64,000 nucleotides of DNA from the human T2T-CHM13v2.0 reference genome, Homo sapiens. The notes below the pieces were generated by a model. That model was given only the letters and a program-made list of their open reading frames with translations. It did no database searches and was not told where the DNA came from. The position numbers and the translations under genes are program-made. This document shows positions 1 through 14,049 of this stretch, one piece after another. How positions within the stretch are numbered: position 1 is the stretch's first letter; each line of letters opens with the position of its first letter. The stretch lies in the NCBI RefSeq assembly GCF_009914755.1, contig NC_060940.1. The stretch is one strand, 5' to 3'.

Positions 1-448
1 ATGCCATGGTGGTTTGCTGCACCCATCAACCCATCATCTACATTAGGTATTTCTCCTAATGCTATCCCTCCCCCAGCCCCCCAACCCCTGACAGGCCCCA
101 TTGTGTGATGTTCCCCTCCCTGTGTCCATGTGTTCCCCTTGTTCAACTCCCACTTACAAGTGAGAACATGCAGTGTTTGGTTTTCTGTTCCTGTGTTAGT
201 TTACTGACAATGATGGTTTCCATTACTGGGTATATACCCAAAGGATTATAAATCATTCTGTAAAGACACATGCACACATATGTTTATTGCAGCACAATTC
301 ACAATAGCAAAGACTTGGAACCAACCCAAATGCCCATCAATGATAAACTAGATAAAGAAAATGTGGCACATATACACCATGGAATACTATGTAGCTGTAA
401 AAAAGGATGAGTTCATGTCCTTTGCAGGGACATGGATGAAGCTGGAAA
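1..448 (-). mobile_element. L1PA 3' fragment with 5' inversion (minus 1-221, inverted part 220-448); poly(A) end lies outside the window
   Basis: 1-221 is the reverse complement of the L1PA 3' end (ggtttgctgcacccatcaac...gtgagaacatgcag). 220-448 is the adjoining upstream L1 sequence in plus orientation (cattactgggtatatacccaaagg...gaagctggaaa). Confidence 0.93.
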
Positions 449-529
449 ATTGATCTTTTAATGCACCATTTTTTTTCTCAAGTGTTTTTCTCTTTTCAAC
501 TTTATTGTTCTACTCTTATCTTTATTATT

Positions 530-1540
530 TACTTTCTTTCGCCTGACTTGGATTTTATTTCTTTTACTTTTTTTTTCTAGTTTTTTAAGGTGGAGGCTTA
601 GGCTACGATTTGAGACCTTTCTTATTTTCAGACATAAGTATTTAATGATACAGAATTCCCTGTAAACATTGTTTATCTGTGTTCCACAAACCTTGATATG
701 TCAAAATTTCTTTTTTATTAAATTCAAAATATTTCCTAATTTTCATTGTACCTCCCTATTTAATCCACGGGTTGTTTAGAACTATGTTACTTAATTTGCA
801 AGTATTTTGATATTTTCTAGATATGTTTATATTATTGGTTTGTAATTTAATCTCACATGGTTGCAGAATATACTTTGTATTATTTCAGTATTTTAAATTT
901 GTTAAAGTTGTTTTATGGCCCAGAATATCTTGCTGAATGGTTCATGTGAACTTGAATAGAATGTGTATTCTGTTGTTGTTGAGTGGAACATTCTGTAAAT
1001 GTCAATTAGATAAAGTTGGTTCATAGTGTTGTATATCCTTGCTGATTTTCTATTTCTTCTGTCAATTACTAAGAGACAAACTGTGAAGTCTCCAAGTGCA
1101 AATGTCTATTTTTTTAGTTCCATAACTTTTTTGCCTCATGTGTCTTGAAGCTCTTGTATTAAGTACATATGTATTTTCAATGGTTATGTCTTTTTGGTGA
1201 ATTGATTCCTTTATCATTATATAAAGTCCCTTTGGTAATATTTCTTGTTCTGATGTCTACTTTGATACTAATATAACCACTCCAGATTTCATTTTGTTGT
1301 GTTTTAAAACTATTATTTTAAATAAATACATGGTTTTGGATAGCATTTCCATGGTATTTGTAGTTTCATTCTTTTACTTTTAATGTATTTATATCTTTAT
1401 ATTTAAAGTAGGTTCCGTGTAGGCAGCCTATAGTTGGGTCTTGCTTTTTAAAATTCAATCTGTCAATCTCTGTCTTTTAATGTGTATTTAGACCATTTAC
1501 ATTTATTATCATTATTAATGTTGGGTTAAAATACAACATC
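530..1540 (-). mobile_element. Old L1M ORF2 fragment
   Basis: T-rich antisense L1M motifs (tttatggcccagaatat, gaatgtgtattctgttgttgttgagtgg, gtgaattgattcctttatcattat). Confidence 0.75.
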
Positions 1541-1829
1541 TTATTAGTTGGGAATTATTATTGATGTGCTTTCTTTTTGTTACATCTGAATCTTCTGTGA
1601 TTCTCCAAATGGTCTCTGCTGAGCTGTGGCAAACAGAGGGGAAGAGGTTATTCCATTCTGAAGAGTGCCAGTGCCAGTGGGGTCTCTAGTAGAGGTCAGC
1701 TATGCCCAGCCTATGGCACTGCCACCTAGATCTCAAGCAGCAGAAACAGCAATGTGGCAGACTGACAAAATGGCCAGTTATTCAACAAATCCCTTGATGA
1801 GTACTGTCTCATTAACATGGTAGATACAA

Positions 1830-1970
1830 TCATTATACCACCAGTGTACAGATGAGAAAATTGAAGCTCAGAGAGACTAAGTGATCTGACCAAGATTATG
1901 CAGTGGCAGAGCTAAGATTTGAGCCCAGGTCCATCTGAATTTGAAGTTTAACATCTTATTCACTATGTGG
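1830..1970 (-). mobile_element. MIR SINE
   Basis: MIR core acagatgagaaaattgaagctcagagag...gatttgagcccagg. Confidence 0.8.
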
Positions 1971-2136
1971 ACAGGCTATAGATACATAATTTGAAGGCAT
2001 ACGTTAATGATCTTAATCCAAATTGTTATCAATATGTAAGTTGAAGGATGTAATTACATTTTCAACCTCGTGAGGGGTTTGTGCCTTCAAGGTAAGATAA
2101 CACAAACCTGTTACCTGTTGGATATTATCTATTTAA

Positions 2137-2960
2137 AGTGGCTATTTTTAAAAAGATGAAAGATAACACATGCTAGTGAGGATGTGGAGACATTGAGACC
2201 CTTGTATGCTGTTGGTGGGAATATAAATTAGTACAGCCATTATAGAAACCAGAATGGAGTTTCCACAGAAAAATTAAAAATGGAACTACCATATGATCTA
2301 GCAATCTCCCTACTGGGTATATACCCAAAGGAAATGAAATCAGTATGTTGAAGAGATATCTGCACTCTCATGTTCATTGCAGCATTATTCACAACAGCCA
2401 AGATACAGAATCAACCTAAGTATCCATTAACAGATAACTAGATAAAGGAAAGGTGGTTATGTATACACAATGGAATACTACTCAACCTTAAAGAAGAAAA
2501 TGCTGCCATTTGGAACAACATAGGTGAATCTGGAGGACATTATGTTAAGTGATAGAAGCCAGGCACAGAAAGTCAAATAAAACATGATCTTACTTATATA
2601 TGGAATCTTAAAAAGTAGAATTTATAGAAGCAGAAAGTAGAATGGTAGTTACACGGGGATGACTGTTGGGGAGATGTTGGCCAAAGGAAACAAAGTCTCA
2701 AGAGGAATGAGTTAAAGAGATATATTATACAATATGGTGACTGTAGTTAATAACAATATATTCTATTCTTAAAAATTGCTAAGAGATTAGATTTTAAGTG
2801 TTCTCACTACAGAAAATAATAAGTATGTGAGGTAATGCATATGATAATTAGCTCAATTTAGCCATTCCAGTGTGTACATATTTCAGAACATCATCTTGTA
2901 CATCATAAATGTATACAGTTTTATTTGTCAATGAAAAGTTAACTAATTAAAATTAAAAAA
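2137..2960 (+). mobile_element. L1MA-type 3' end
   Basis: End of ORF2 (gaactaccatatgatctagcaatc...cattgcagcattattcacaa) plus L1MA 3' UTR (gaggtaatgcatatgataattagctc) and an A-rich end. Confidence 0.88.
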
Positions 2961-4944
2961 ACTGGTATTATTTGCCTTTATTAGAAATCCAGTAATTACT
3001 GGGAGACAAGGAAACATAATCGAGTTGAAGACTCAATCAATTTGTACTGATGAATTGGCCAAGGGACATTTCTGCTAATTTGCCCATTTCTTGGGTTTGT
3101 AGAAAAGCAGGGTACAGACGATCGCTTCAGTGGAGAAAGAAGCTCTCTAAATGAAGATAGCAAGTGGTGAAGCAGAGTGATTCTGACATCTGCTAACTAG
3201 ATAAGTACACCGACTCCACCAGCTCATTGCTGTGCTTTCATTCTACCCTGTGGAATCCCTTTTAGCCAATCCTTGATCAAATAATGAACCTATTGCAGAA
3301 ATAAAGGGGAAGCACGTCCATCACTACCTCCCTAACTCAGAAAAATCAAGCTTTTTTCTGTTCTACACTGTTTCCTGTCATGCGTAATATAGCAAATTAA
3401 TTAGTGGATCTGGCGGCATTTGCTAATACAATTCCTCTCCCTTGCTTGAGGTGAATTATGTTCATGCTTCAGTCACTTGAATATTACTCTTCCATGTTTG
3501 ACGGAATTTTGTTATCAGGTGACTATATTGCACACTATCTGATTCTAATTAAACCAGAAAATAGTGACATTGTACAAGAGGAGAATGTTTCACAGTGTGC
3601 ACCACCCACCCCCTTGTCGCTACATCCCAGTTTTTAGAGCTTTTTGAGCTGTGCTTGGGCTATTTTCTTATGTTTACATCGTCTTACGCTTCTCCAGACA
3701 CAATGGCTTCTTGGGCATTGCCTTCATCTACTAGGTAATTTGTATAAATTGAGTCCTGGAAGACATAATGTTTACACTTGTCTTTTTTTTTAATCAGAAG
3801 CATAATGCACAGTAGCAAACTGTGAGTATTTCAGATGATATGAAAGAAGAAAATGTGCTGTTTTGCCAAAATCATTCATGTAACTTGGAAAGAAAAGTTT
3901 CTGAGAGAAGAAAAACTAACATTTTAGAGGGGAAACGGAGAAATGGGCTATAAAGATGAATTGGGGAAGCAATGTAATGTAGAGGTTAAGATCACAGGCT
4001 TGTAGTGCAGGGCTTGACTTCTGGTTCTGTCTTTATCTGACACTATTTCTTTCTCCTTACACAATAATAAGTGCTCAGGAGTTGATTTGCCGAAGGTCTA
4101 ATGATGAGGTAGTAAAAGAACCAGGGCTGGGGCTCCCATTCCAGTTTTCCTTTTTTTCTATACCCTGTTAAATGCCAAGCCCTGATTCTGCCAGGGTGGA
4201 GAGTGAAGGGGAGTCTCTGGAGTCATCAATTACAGCAGGTCACTGGGTATCAGAGTCTCTTTTCTCATGAGGATAAAGATGTCCTTTTGAGTTAGACTAT
4301 ATTCACCCTTCATGAACCTTGGGGACATTGATGGCAGGGAGAGTTTTCTAAAGCTTTAGACAACTCAGAGGTGAAATAGGCACCATGCTGCAAATGAAAG
4401 GCACTTTTATGGTTGTCTGAAAAAAATACAGCACACTGCTTTAAACTTAGAAAGCCCAAGTGCAAGCTACAGTCAGGTGTGGTCTGCAGGCTTTGGTCTT
4501 TTGTCCCTGTTCAACAGCTGGTAAAGCTGGGAGAGGTAATCGCTGATGGAGACTTGCTCCTGTTGGGATAATATTTCTCAGACCATAGTCCTGCCATTTT
4601 CCAGACTTTTTCTTTTGGAGAAATGGGCTCCTACCTTGGAAGAGCCAATTATGTAATTCAGGTTGAACCTGGCTCTTTTTTTTCCCACTGATCTCTATCT
4701 TCCTTGGTGAAGACCACTTGGCCTCCGCCTCCCTGTTAGATATTATTCTTGGCCTATGTAAGCAGTGGAAAGCCTGAATTTTGCCCAGGCTTTGGGCAAG
4801 ATGAAATGACACCTTCTGGGTTGGTGGAAGGAAAGGGCTATTTCTTTGGGCTACTTGAAGGACCCAGAAAGCAAAAGAAAAATCATGTCTTTCTTTGCAG
4901 AATTTCTGCTGTGGAAAGAGGCAAAGTCAATCAAGAGACAGAGA

Positions 4945-5490
4945 TCCTTGACACATATGTATTGAATATCTACTATATTGCAGGTCATATTCTGGGTGCT
5001 GGGGAGATATCTGAACAAAACAGACAAAAATCCCTGCCATGAGGAACAAGGAATAGGTGTTTAATATGGTCTGTAGAAAAAGTACGGGAATAAAAGTCCC
5101 AAACCTGGCCTTTTTACTAGTTTATAGTCTAGTGGGGAGAAATAGACTTAAGAAACAACAAAAAGAGGAACGTATATAGTATATTGGAAGGTGATAAGTT
5201 TAATGAAGTAAATTAAGCAAAGGAAATAGATAGCAAAAGCAGAGAAGAAATGGAGGAGGTTTCTATTTAAAACAGGGAGGTCAGAGAAGGCTTTCTGCAA
5301 CAGAAGAATTTTGAGCAAAGACTTGAAGAGGCAAGAGAGTGAACCATGTAGATATCTGTGGGAAGAACATTACGGGAAGCAAACTCAGCAAGTGGAGAAT
5401 TCCCAGTATGTTTTAGGAAGAGCAACAAGGCCAAGTGTGGTGGGACTAGAGAGAGAGAGCGAGTACGGGAGAGTGGTGAGAAATGAGGTC
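4945..5490 (-). mobile_element. L2 fragment
   Basis: Antisense L2 3' end (tattgaatatctactat...gaacaaaacagacaaaaatccctgcc; tttgagcaaagacttgaag). Confidence 0.75.
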
Positions 5491-5759
5491 GTCTTCAATG
5501 ATTGTAGTTTGCTTAACTTGTGGCTGCTGGCTAGACAGGATGAAGTAGTTTGAGTTGTTTAAGAAGGACTTACTAGGTATGTGGGATCAGACTAGTGCTA
5601 GGCTAGACCCCAGGACAGGAAAGATGACTGCATTCAAGGACCAAGTAGTTCAGTTCAAGATTGAATATTGGCCTGTATGGAAACTTAGAAAACAGTGAGG
5701 CTCAGGTGTGTTATATATAGATATCTGAAAGAAGAGAGAAGGTTGTAGAGGACTGGATT

Positions 5760-6000
5760 GGATATAAGGCTCTGGAGGCAGACTGCCTGGGTATGAATCG
5801 TAGCTCCATTACTTATTACTGGTGTGATCTTGGGAAAACCACTTCACCGTCTGAGGATCAGTGTTTACATCTATAAAATGGAGTTCACAATGGAAGGTAC
5901 ATTGCAGGGGTGTGTGAGGATTTAAGACAGCACATGTTTAGCAAGTGCCATGTACATAGTAAGCCCTCAGTAAATATGAGCTGACATTCTTATTATTCAT
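5760..6000 (+). mobile_element. MIR SINE
   Basis: ggctctggaggcagactgcctgggt...catctataaaatgg...catagtaagccctcagtaaat. Confidence 0.88.
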
Positions 6001-6059
6001 TGAGGTGGTTAGAGAAGGATTCTGTAAAGCTTGAAACCATGGAGTTAGTGATGTGCCAT

Positions 6060-6237
6060 GGACTGAACTCAAGGGAATTTCTACTAGACTGCCCTTAACT
6101 TCTCTTAGATGGTGCTTGGATAGATTGCATGTGACTGAAATAGTTTTTTGGTGCTGGAAGCATCATAAGGAGATAGGACCAGCGGATTAGAAATAAAGGG
6201 GTGATGGTTGTGCCTTTACCAACAGTGTGTTGCTATG
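6060..6237 (+). repeat. Local duplication A, copy 1
   Basis: Aligns to 6518-6697 at about 85% by eye; shared exact 33-mer tagactgcccttaacttctcttagatggtgctt. Confidence 0.93.
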
Positions 6238-6349
6238 GAGAAGAAGGCCCTCAAGGAAAAAGAGGAAAATGTGATCAAATACATCAGCATGGGGTTGAAC
6301 AAGAGCAGTGAGGACAATGTTCATAGTTGACTGACTAGAGTAGTGTCAA

Positions 6350-6525
6350 TAAGAATGGCAATTTATTGAGCATTTGCACATGTCATCTCACGTAGGGCTT
6401 ACCGTAGTCCTATAAGGTGGGTACTCATATTATCTTTGTTTTGCCACAGAGGAAGTGAAGGCTTACAGAAGTGAAGTGATATGCTAAAGGTCACACAGCT
6501 AGTAAGAGGCATATCTGGGACTCAG
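6350..6525 (-). mobile_element. MIR SINE, broken off at duplication A copy 2
   Basis: atttattgagcattt...acagaggaagtgaaggcttacagaagtgaagtga...aaggtcacacagctagtaag. Confidence 0.82.
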
Positions 6526-6697
6526 CTCAAGGGAGTTTCCATTAGACTGCCCTTAACTTCTCTTAGATGGTGCTTATATGGCTTGCATGTGACTGAAGTA
6601 GATTTTTGGTGCTAGGGGCATCATAAAGAGAGAGGTCTAGCAGATTGGAAACAAAGGGATAATGGTTGTGCCTTTACTAACAGTGCATTGAGCTATG
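6518..6697 (+). repeat. Local duplication A, copy 2
   Basis: Direct copy of 6060-6237. Confidence 0.93.
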
Positions 6698-7153
6698 CTC
6701 ATTTATGTTCTTATGATCTCTTAGAAACAGAGACTTGGTTCTTTCCTGTCTTAAGAAGGAAAATCTGACTGCGGGGTATGGCCATCCCCTAAAATATCAA
6801 AAAGACATCTATTTCCATTTTCTTCCTCCTAATACCTAGGAGACAACAAAGTGGATTTCCAGTGGTACTTCCCACATGAGTAGAATGAACTTTCCTTGGT
6901 AAAAGTTGACTTTCTTACTAAAGGACAAAATATATAGGCTCCTCAATTTGAGCCATGGGATTTGGTGGGCAGCTGGACTGAGCCCAAAGACATCCCCACA
7001 GGGAGGCAAAACTGGCTGGTATATGTGGAAAGAGTGAGTGGCTCAGGGAATAGATGCTGTGAGCCAGGTTGTGAATTTCCAGAGCCCAGGGATTAGAGCC
7101 ACTTGACATTCACTTTAGGTGAACTGTGTTGTCTTACATCCTATTTTTCATGA

Positions 7154-7482
<329 letters not shown>

Positions 7483-8659
7483 CTTTCGTGAATACTTTTG
7501 ATGTATGGAGTAACTCATAAATTTTTAAAAAATATTTCAAATTCCTAACTCTTCTTGAAACAATAGGTATTATGGGTGGCTAGTTTATTTCTTTTCAGTT
7601 AATGATTGAATTCATTGAGCCCTTACTAGGTGGTGAGCACTGTCCGAGGTGCTGAAGGAAGAGACAAAGATAGGATTACTGTATCTCAGAAGCTTATATT
7701 TTAGAGAACAACAAAGTACCATGTACATTTTACCATGTAAGTTTAGCCTGTTATATATGAAAATGACTTTTTACCTAAAAGTAATGAGCACAAGTCATGG
7801 GTTTTAAAGGTAACTTGTTCAATTCTGACATTATACTCTTGGTCAACCCAATTGGTGAATCAGTATTTCCTTCAATAGTCCTGGGATAATGAAGAGTTGG
7901 CAAACATGTTACATAAAAATTTAGGAATTAAGAATATTGGACTCTTCCTGAAGATAGGATATTTTAAATGCAGGACTAGAGCTCCTGAACCATATATTAT
8001 AGGGAAAATCTAGAGAAAAAATAAAAGGTATTTATCAATGTTTGGTTGTGTGATCTTGGGTAGCTTCTTGTGCCTCATTGTTTTTGTCATTTAGAAAATG
8101 ATAGAATTAATCTGTACATTGATAATGAAGTCCCTTTAGGTTCTAGAATTCTGTAATTTTGGTCTTGAACTGAAATTACCATGACAAGGGATTTTGATAG
8201 ATGTTGCCTAATTGCTAACCAATGAAATGTTTTCTACAACTCCACCCCTGCTCTTTTGGCATTTTATCTTTGTTAAGTGAAAAATGATATGTGTTGCTTT
8301 GAACTTTATTGCTTTAATTTGTTGCAGAAGTTGAGTGGCTTTTCATATATATTAAATTTGATTGGTTACTTTATTTAAAAAATTGTAAATTGTATGATTT
8401 TGGTATCCAGGTAAGATACTGTGAAAGTTACCTTGTAATTAAGTTCTTGGGTGATTTATTGGAGGCCTTAATATTATTATAATAGATAATAGGGCTGTCT
8501 AAATGCCACTGTACTTGGTTATCAAGCTCAATGCCATTTAAATTTTTTTCAAAAAATTTTCAATGACATTCTTGTTATTGTTAACAGTTTACTTTTTTCC
8601 CGTGATTGAAAAGACTAACACTCAAGTTTGAAAGAGAAATGTTAATTTTCAGGGCTGCT

Positions 8660-8880
8660 GCAAACCTTGAATTTGAATCCTAATCTTGCCACTTACTGCT
8701 TGTGTGACCTTCAGCAAAGTGCTCAATTTATAGAACCTCAGTTTAATCATCTGTATATTGGGAATAATAGCAAAATCTGCCTCAGAGATTATTGATAGGA
8801 TTAGCTGAAATAATGCATGCAAAATGCTTAGTTTATTGCCTGAAAACTTATTAAGTATAATAAATATTTATTATTGTAAT
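8660..8880 (+). mobile_element. MIR SINE
   Basis: tttgaatcctaatcttgccacttactgcttgtgtgacctt...cctcagtttaatcatctgt. Confidence 0.85.
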
Positions 8881-8944
8881 CAACAGTTGTACTAGAGAGC
8901 TATTGCACAATAATTATGATTATAATGAAAATGATAATTAATAA

Positions 8945-9066
8945 GACCCCCACAGTTTCTGATTTAGAATGTGTCTGGGGAAGAGCCTGAGGATGTGTCT
9001 TTCTAACACATTTTGGGGTGATGCTGATGCTGGTGGTCCAGGCACCATGCTTGGAGAACTACTGTT
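8945..9066. mobile_element. MER5A (hAT-Charlie) fragment
   Basis: gtttctgatttag...tttctaaca...ggtgatgctgatgctggtggtcc...ttggagaactactg. Confidence 0.75.
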
Positions 9067-9899
9067 CTAAGCATCTGAACAATGTGATCTCATTTGGTCC
9101 TTACCAGATCACTCTAGGAGGCAGGTTCTTTTATGATGGTGCTTTAATAAGTGAGGGATTAGGGAGGTTTAGTAGCTTTCCCAAAGCCCCGCAGCTTGGA
9201 AGTGGTGGAACCAAGAGTTAAAGATTTATGCTCTTCTTTCCACCTGTGATTATTTATGTGGAGTTCTAAACCATTGATCTCCTGTATCCACCCCCTTGAT
9301 GTCTTCTCTCACCACCTTTCCCGACTCTAAGCCATTGCCAATTACTATCACCATCCCCTTGTCCACACTCGTGATTCCTGTGTCCCTCTCTTGCGTTGTT
9401 TGCTTGGCATGGTCACAATCCCGGTTAAATTCATCTCTCTGCCTACTCTGTACCTGCCCTTGAGAAACTGAACACGGCTGGAGAAACATACAAAACTACT
9501 CCGACCTTGCCAGGAACCTCGAATGACCCGTTAACACTGCCAGGAGATCACACTGCACTTTCCTAGCCCATTCATTCTGCATCTTGCTTTTTCGTTTCTT
9601 TAAAAATTTATTTTATTGTGGTGAGAATGTTTAACCCAAGATCTACCCTCTTAGGAACTGTCTAGGTGTACAATACAGCATTGTTAATGATTGGCACAAA
9701 GTTCAGCAGATCTCTAGAACGTATTTGTCCTGCATGATTGAGACTTTATTGGTTAGCAGCTTCCTCTTTCCCCCTTCCTCCAGCCCCTGGCAACTACCAT
9801 TCTACTTAATGTCTCTATGCATTTGACTACTCTAATTTCCTGCCATAAACAATATGATATATCTGCACCTACACTCATGCAATATTTGTCTTTTTGTGA

Positions 9900-10532
<633 letters not shown>

Positions 10533-11232
10533 ATTTGTTTTTAAGTGTATGTATATACCACATTTTCTTTATCCATTCATACATCAGGGGACATTTAGGT
10601 TGTCTCCACATCTTGGCTATTGCGAGTAGGGCTGCAGTATACATTGGAGTGTTAATATCTCTTTGAGATCCTGATTTCAATTCTTTTGGATAAATACTCA
10701 ATAGTGGGATTACTGGATTGTATGGTAGCTCAAATTTTTTGAGGGAGAAGGAATCTCCATAATGTTTTCTATAGCATCTCTCACTTTCTTCAACACCTAT
10801 TTTACATGTCTCTTTTCTTCTCAAACCCCATCTCCTTCCCATTCTTACTCTCAGCTGATGACCATGTTTCTTTGCTCTTTCAGAGAAATAAAGGAACCAG
10901 AAGGGAATTCACACTGACTCCCATAATCTCATCTCCCCACATTCTGGCATCTGTACTCACCCACTCCAACCTCTCACCTGTGCCCATAGGTGGAAGGAGG
11001 GAAGGAGGTTCACAGTGAGTGTCTGGAGAGCTGGCGATGTTCTGTTTCTTGAGTTGGGTTCTGGTAGTATAAGAATATCCAGATTACAATTCCTTGAGCT
11101 GAGTACTTATAATTCATGCACTTTTCTGTGTGCATGTTATTTGTCAATAAGTCCAAAGGCAAAAAAAAAAAACAGATAAACTCATTAAAGTTTAGGATGA
11201 AACAGGGATAAGACTTATTTGCCTTTGAAATA

Positions 11233-11460
11233 CTAGTTCTCAACCAAAGGAGATCCTCATCCCTGTCCCTCCCCACCAAGGGGGCATGTGGCAATTTCTG
11301 GAGACATTTTTGGTTGTCGCAACTAGGGAGAAGGTACTCCTGGCATCTAGTTTGTAGAGGTCAGTGATGCTGCTAAACATCCTACAGTGCACAGAATAGT
11401 CCCTACAATAAAGAATTATGCAGCCCCAAATGCCAATAGTACTGAGATTGAGAAACTTGG
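11233..11460 (+). mobile_element. MER20 DNA transposon
   Basis: tagttctcaacc...ggcaatttctggagacatttttggttgtc...gatgctgctaaacatcctaca...ttgagaaac. Confidence 0.92.
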
Positions 11461-12282
11461 CCGCAAAAGAACCTGTCTGAGAAACTCCAGGATCACTTGA
11501 ACATTAATTTCATCCACCATAGTCTTTGCTGATATTGAGCTCCTTATTTACTAGATTCAGAGAATGTATCCTTTCCCAGGGGAGCATCTGAGAGCAGGAG
11601 CGAATTTCATTTGCTACCTCGTAAATCTCTGAAATGGAAAACAGGTCTGAATATTCCTCTGTCTCTCTCTCTCCCCTAGTCTTTGAAGCCCTCCAAAGTG
11701 GGCCATGGCAGTTAGCTCACAACAAATTCCCCAGACACAATTTAAATGTCATTTTGGGGGCTGGGACTAGGGCATGAATATTTAAGATGTAAATTGTTTG
11801 GGCTGTGCCTAAATCTTTTATGGGTTTTACTGGATGAGAAAAATGAGTTACTACTTTTTGATGAAGTTCACTTTCCTTTCATATTATTAGCAAACCCAGC
11901 CAAGTGAACCAGACTGCATCTGCCAGAGAAAATAGGGATGCTTGTTTGCGGGATGATATTAGATTATGTTCCCAGCATGCCGTATTTATGGTTCAAAAAT
12001 CAAAGAACAGGTAGGAGAGTTGTCTTAGGTCAGCGTGTCCTTGCCAGTGAAAGTAGCTTACCAAATACACTTGGGAGGACAGTTTGGAGGAGTGGTGGAG
12101 AGTAGAAGTGAATTTAAATAGTCGAACTCTACCTGAAGAGTTAGGTACCCTGAGGGTTGATTTTAGAGAAATATTGAAATCACGAGATACTAACTCCAGA
12201 GATTAGTCCTTTCTTATTCTTCAGTTTAAATCCCAGGGGATGGGTACAGAGCAGAGGCAAAGGAAAGGACACACAACAAGGA

Positions 12283-12288
<6 letters not shown>

Positions 12289-12321
<33 letters not shown>

Positions 12322-12326
12322 AGAGA
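12289..12326 (+). repeat. (AG)n microsatellite
   Basis: Visible dinucleotide run. Confidence 0.95.
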
Positions 12327-13254
12327 TTGATTGATTTAACAAGTTCCATGGACTTCAGAAAGAATATATATTTTAATCTTTTTGGAAGAAATTATGCCTC
12401 CTACGTCTCATTTCCAACCCCTACCCAGAAATTAATTTTGAATGTTAATATGAAAGCAACCTCTCTCTTCTCTGAATGCTGCTTTTGATTCTGACAGGGT
12501 ATCTAAAAGGCTGCTATTAGACACATTTTCATTAACTAATAAGCTGGTTCTTGGGCAAAACATGAATTTTTTGTCATCTCATGTGAAAATTGTAAAAAGC
12601 TATAATTATGAAGAAAATCACTAATTGTAAGGCACAAAATTTGTTTGCTAAGAATAGTCATTAAGGATCGACAAAAGCATTAGTAACTTCAATATCAGAA
12701 AACAACTATTGAAATGCAAGTGGAATCAAGGCATTTGCCCAGACATAATAATGGCTTTACGTTTAAAGGTCTATAATTGTGGTTTGATCTGAGACATTGT
12801 TGGGAATTTTCAAGAAACAATACAGAGTAGGGCTAAATACTTAAAGTACCGTGGCTTTTGGATTCCAAATTACAGACTCGAGTTTTAATTTCTAGAGAAT
12901 ATTACTGTAGGGAGAGTTACTCAATGATATTGTCAATGCTGTTATTGCTTTAGGATTGTGATGAAGTGGTCAAAACCAGGACAAAGAATAATATTTCTGT
13001 GGCCCAGACGTTTTATGATACTGGCTTTGCATGCAAAGTACCTGGCAGCTGGCAGCAAGTGAAGTTTGCACATCACTTCATGATGTATGTCCCTTCTAAA
13101 GAGTAACTTTTATTGTTTCTGCTTTCTGACAAATATCCTCTTTGCAGAAAATTAGGAAAATGCAGAAAATTGCAATGAAGAAATTTTAAGTTCTCCTTAA
13201 TTCCATCAACAAGAGATAGCCAGTTAACATTTTGGTGTATTTTCTTCTTTTTAT

Positions 13255-13730
13255 TTCGTTTTAAACTTCTGAAGTATAATAATGTGATAAAGTACACAAA
13301 ATTTAAGTATCCAACTTAAAATGAATTTCTATCTATATCTCCATGTAACCACCACCTAGATGAAGATAACGAACATTTCCAGTAAATTTCCTTCCTTCAT
13401 GCTGTTTTCTAGTCAGTACTCACCTCTCTGCCTCCCTCGTAGTACAAGGTACTATTATTCTGGTTCTTCTCACAATAGATTTGATGATTTTTAAACTTAA
13501 TATAAATGGACTCCTACAGAATATCCTCTGTAGGTCTGGCTTCTCTCACTCAATATTATATTTGCAAGATTCACCTAGCTTGCTTCATATAGCTATAGTC
13601 TTTTTCATTGATGTATAGTATTTCATTATCTTTTATACTATTACTTATCCATTGATGACTGTTGAGTTGTTTTCAGTTTTTAGCTATTATGAATAAAAAA
13701 CAAACATTCTTAAAAATGTCTTTTGTGGAT
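13255..13730 (-). mobile_element. L1ME-type 3' fragment
   Basis: ccatgtaaccaccacctagatgaagata...tctggcttctctcactcaata...cagtttttagctattatgaataa. Confidence 0.75.
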
Positions 13731-14049
13731 TTTCAGTAATTTCTTTTGGATTCCTGTACTTTTTCGTATGTGTGCATGTAAATGTGAATTATACAGAAGG
13801 TTGAATTTACATTATGTCTCTCCATCTCCATCTCTATCCCTATCTGCATCTCAATCTCTATATTCTTATTAATCACAGTAATTAAATGTCTTCTAGGAAA
13901 CCAGTCTGTCTTGGGATCCCTGCCGTGCTTGGACATTGACTGGGGGCGATCTTGGGGAAACAACATGGTCCTGCACATGCTACATAACTATTTACATTCT
14001 TTAGATGTATAGACTCTTTTCTCTTTTACCAGGCCAGCATGTCTCCAGC

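Noticed and set aside
4447-5042. 121-aa and 97-aa ORFs
   Set aside because: No recognisable homology; the second runs into L2 sequence.
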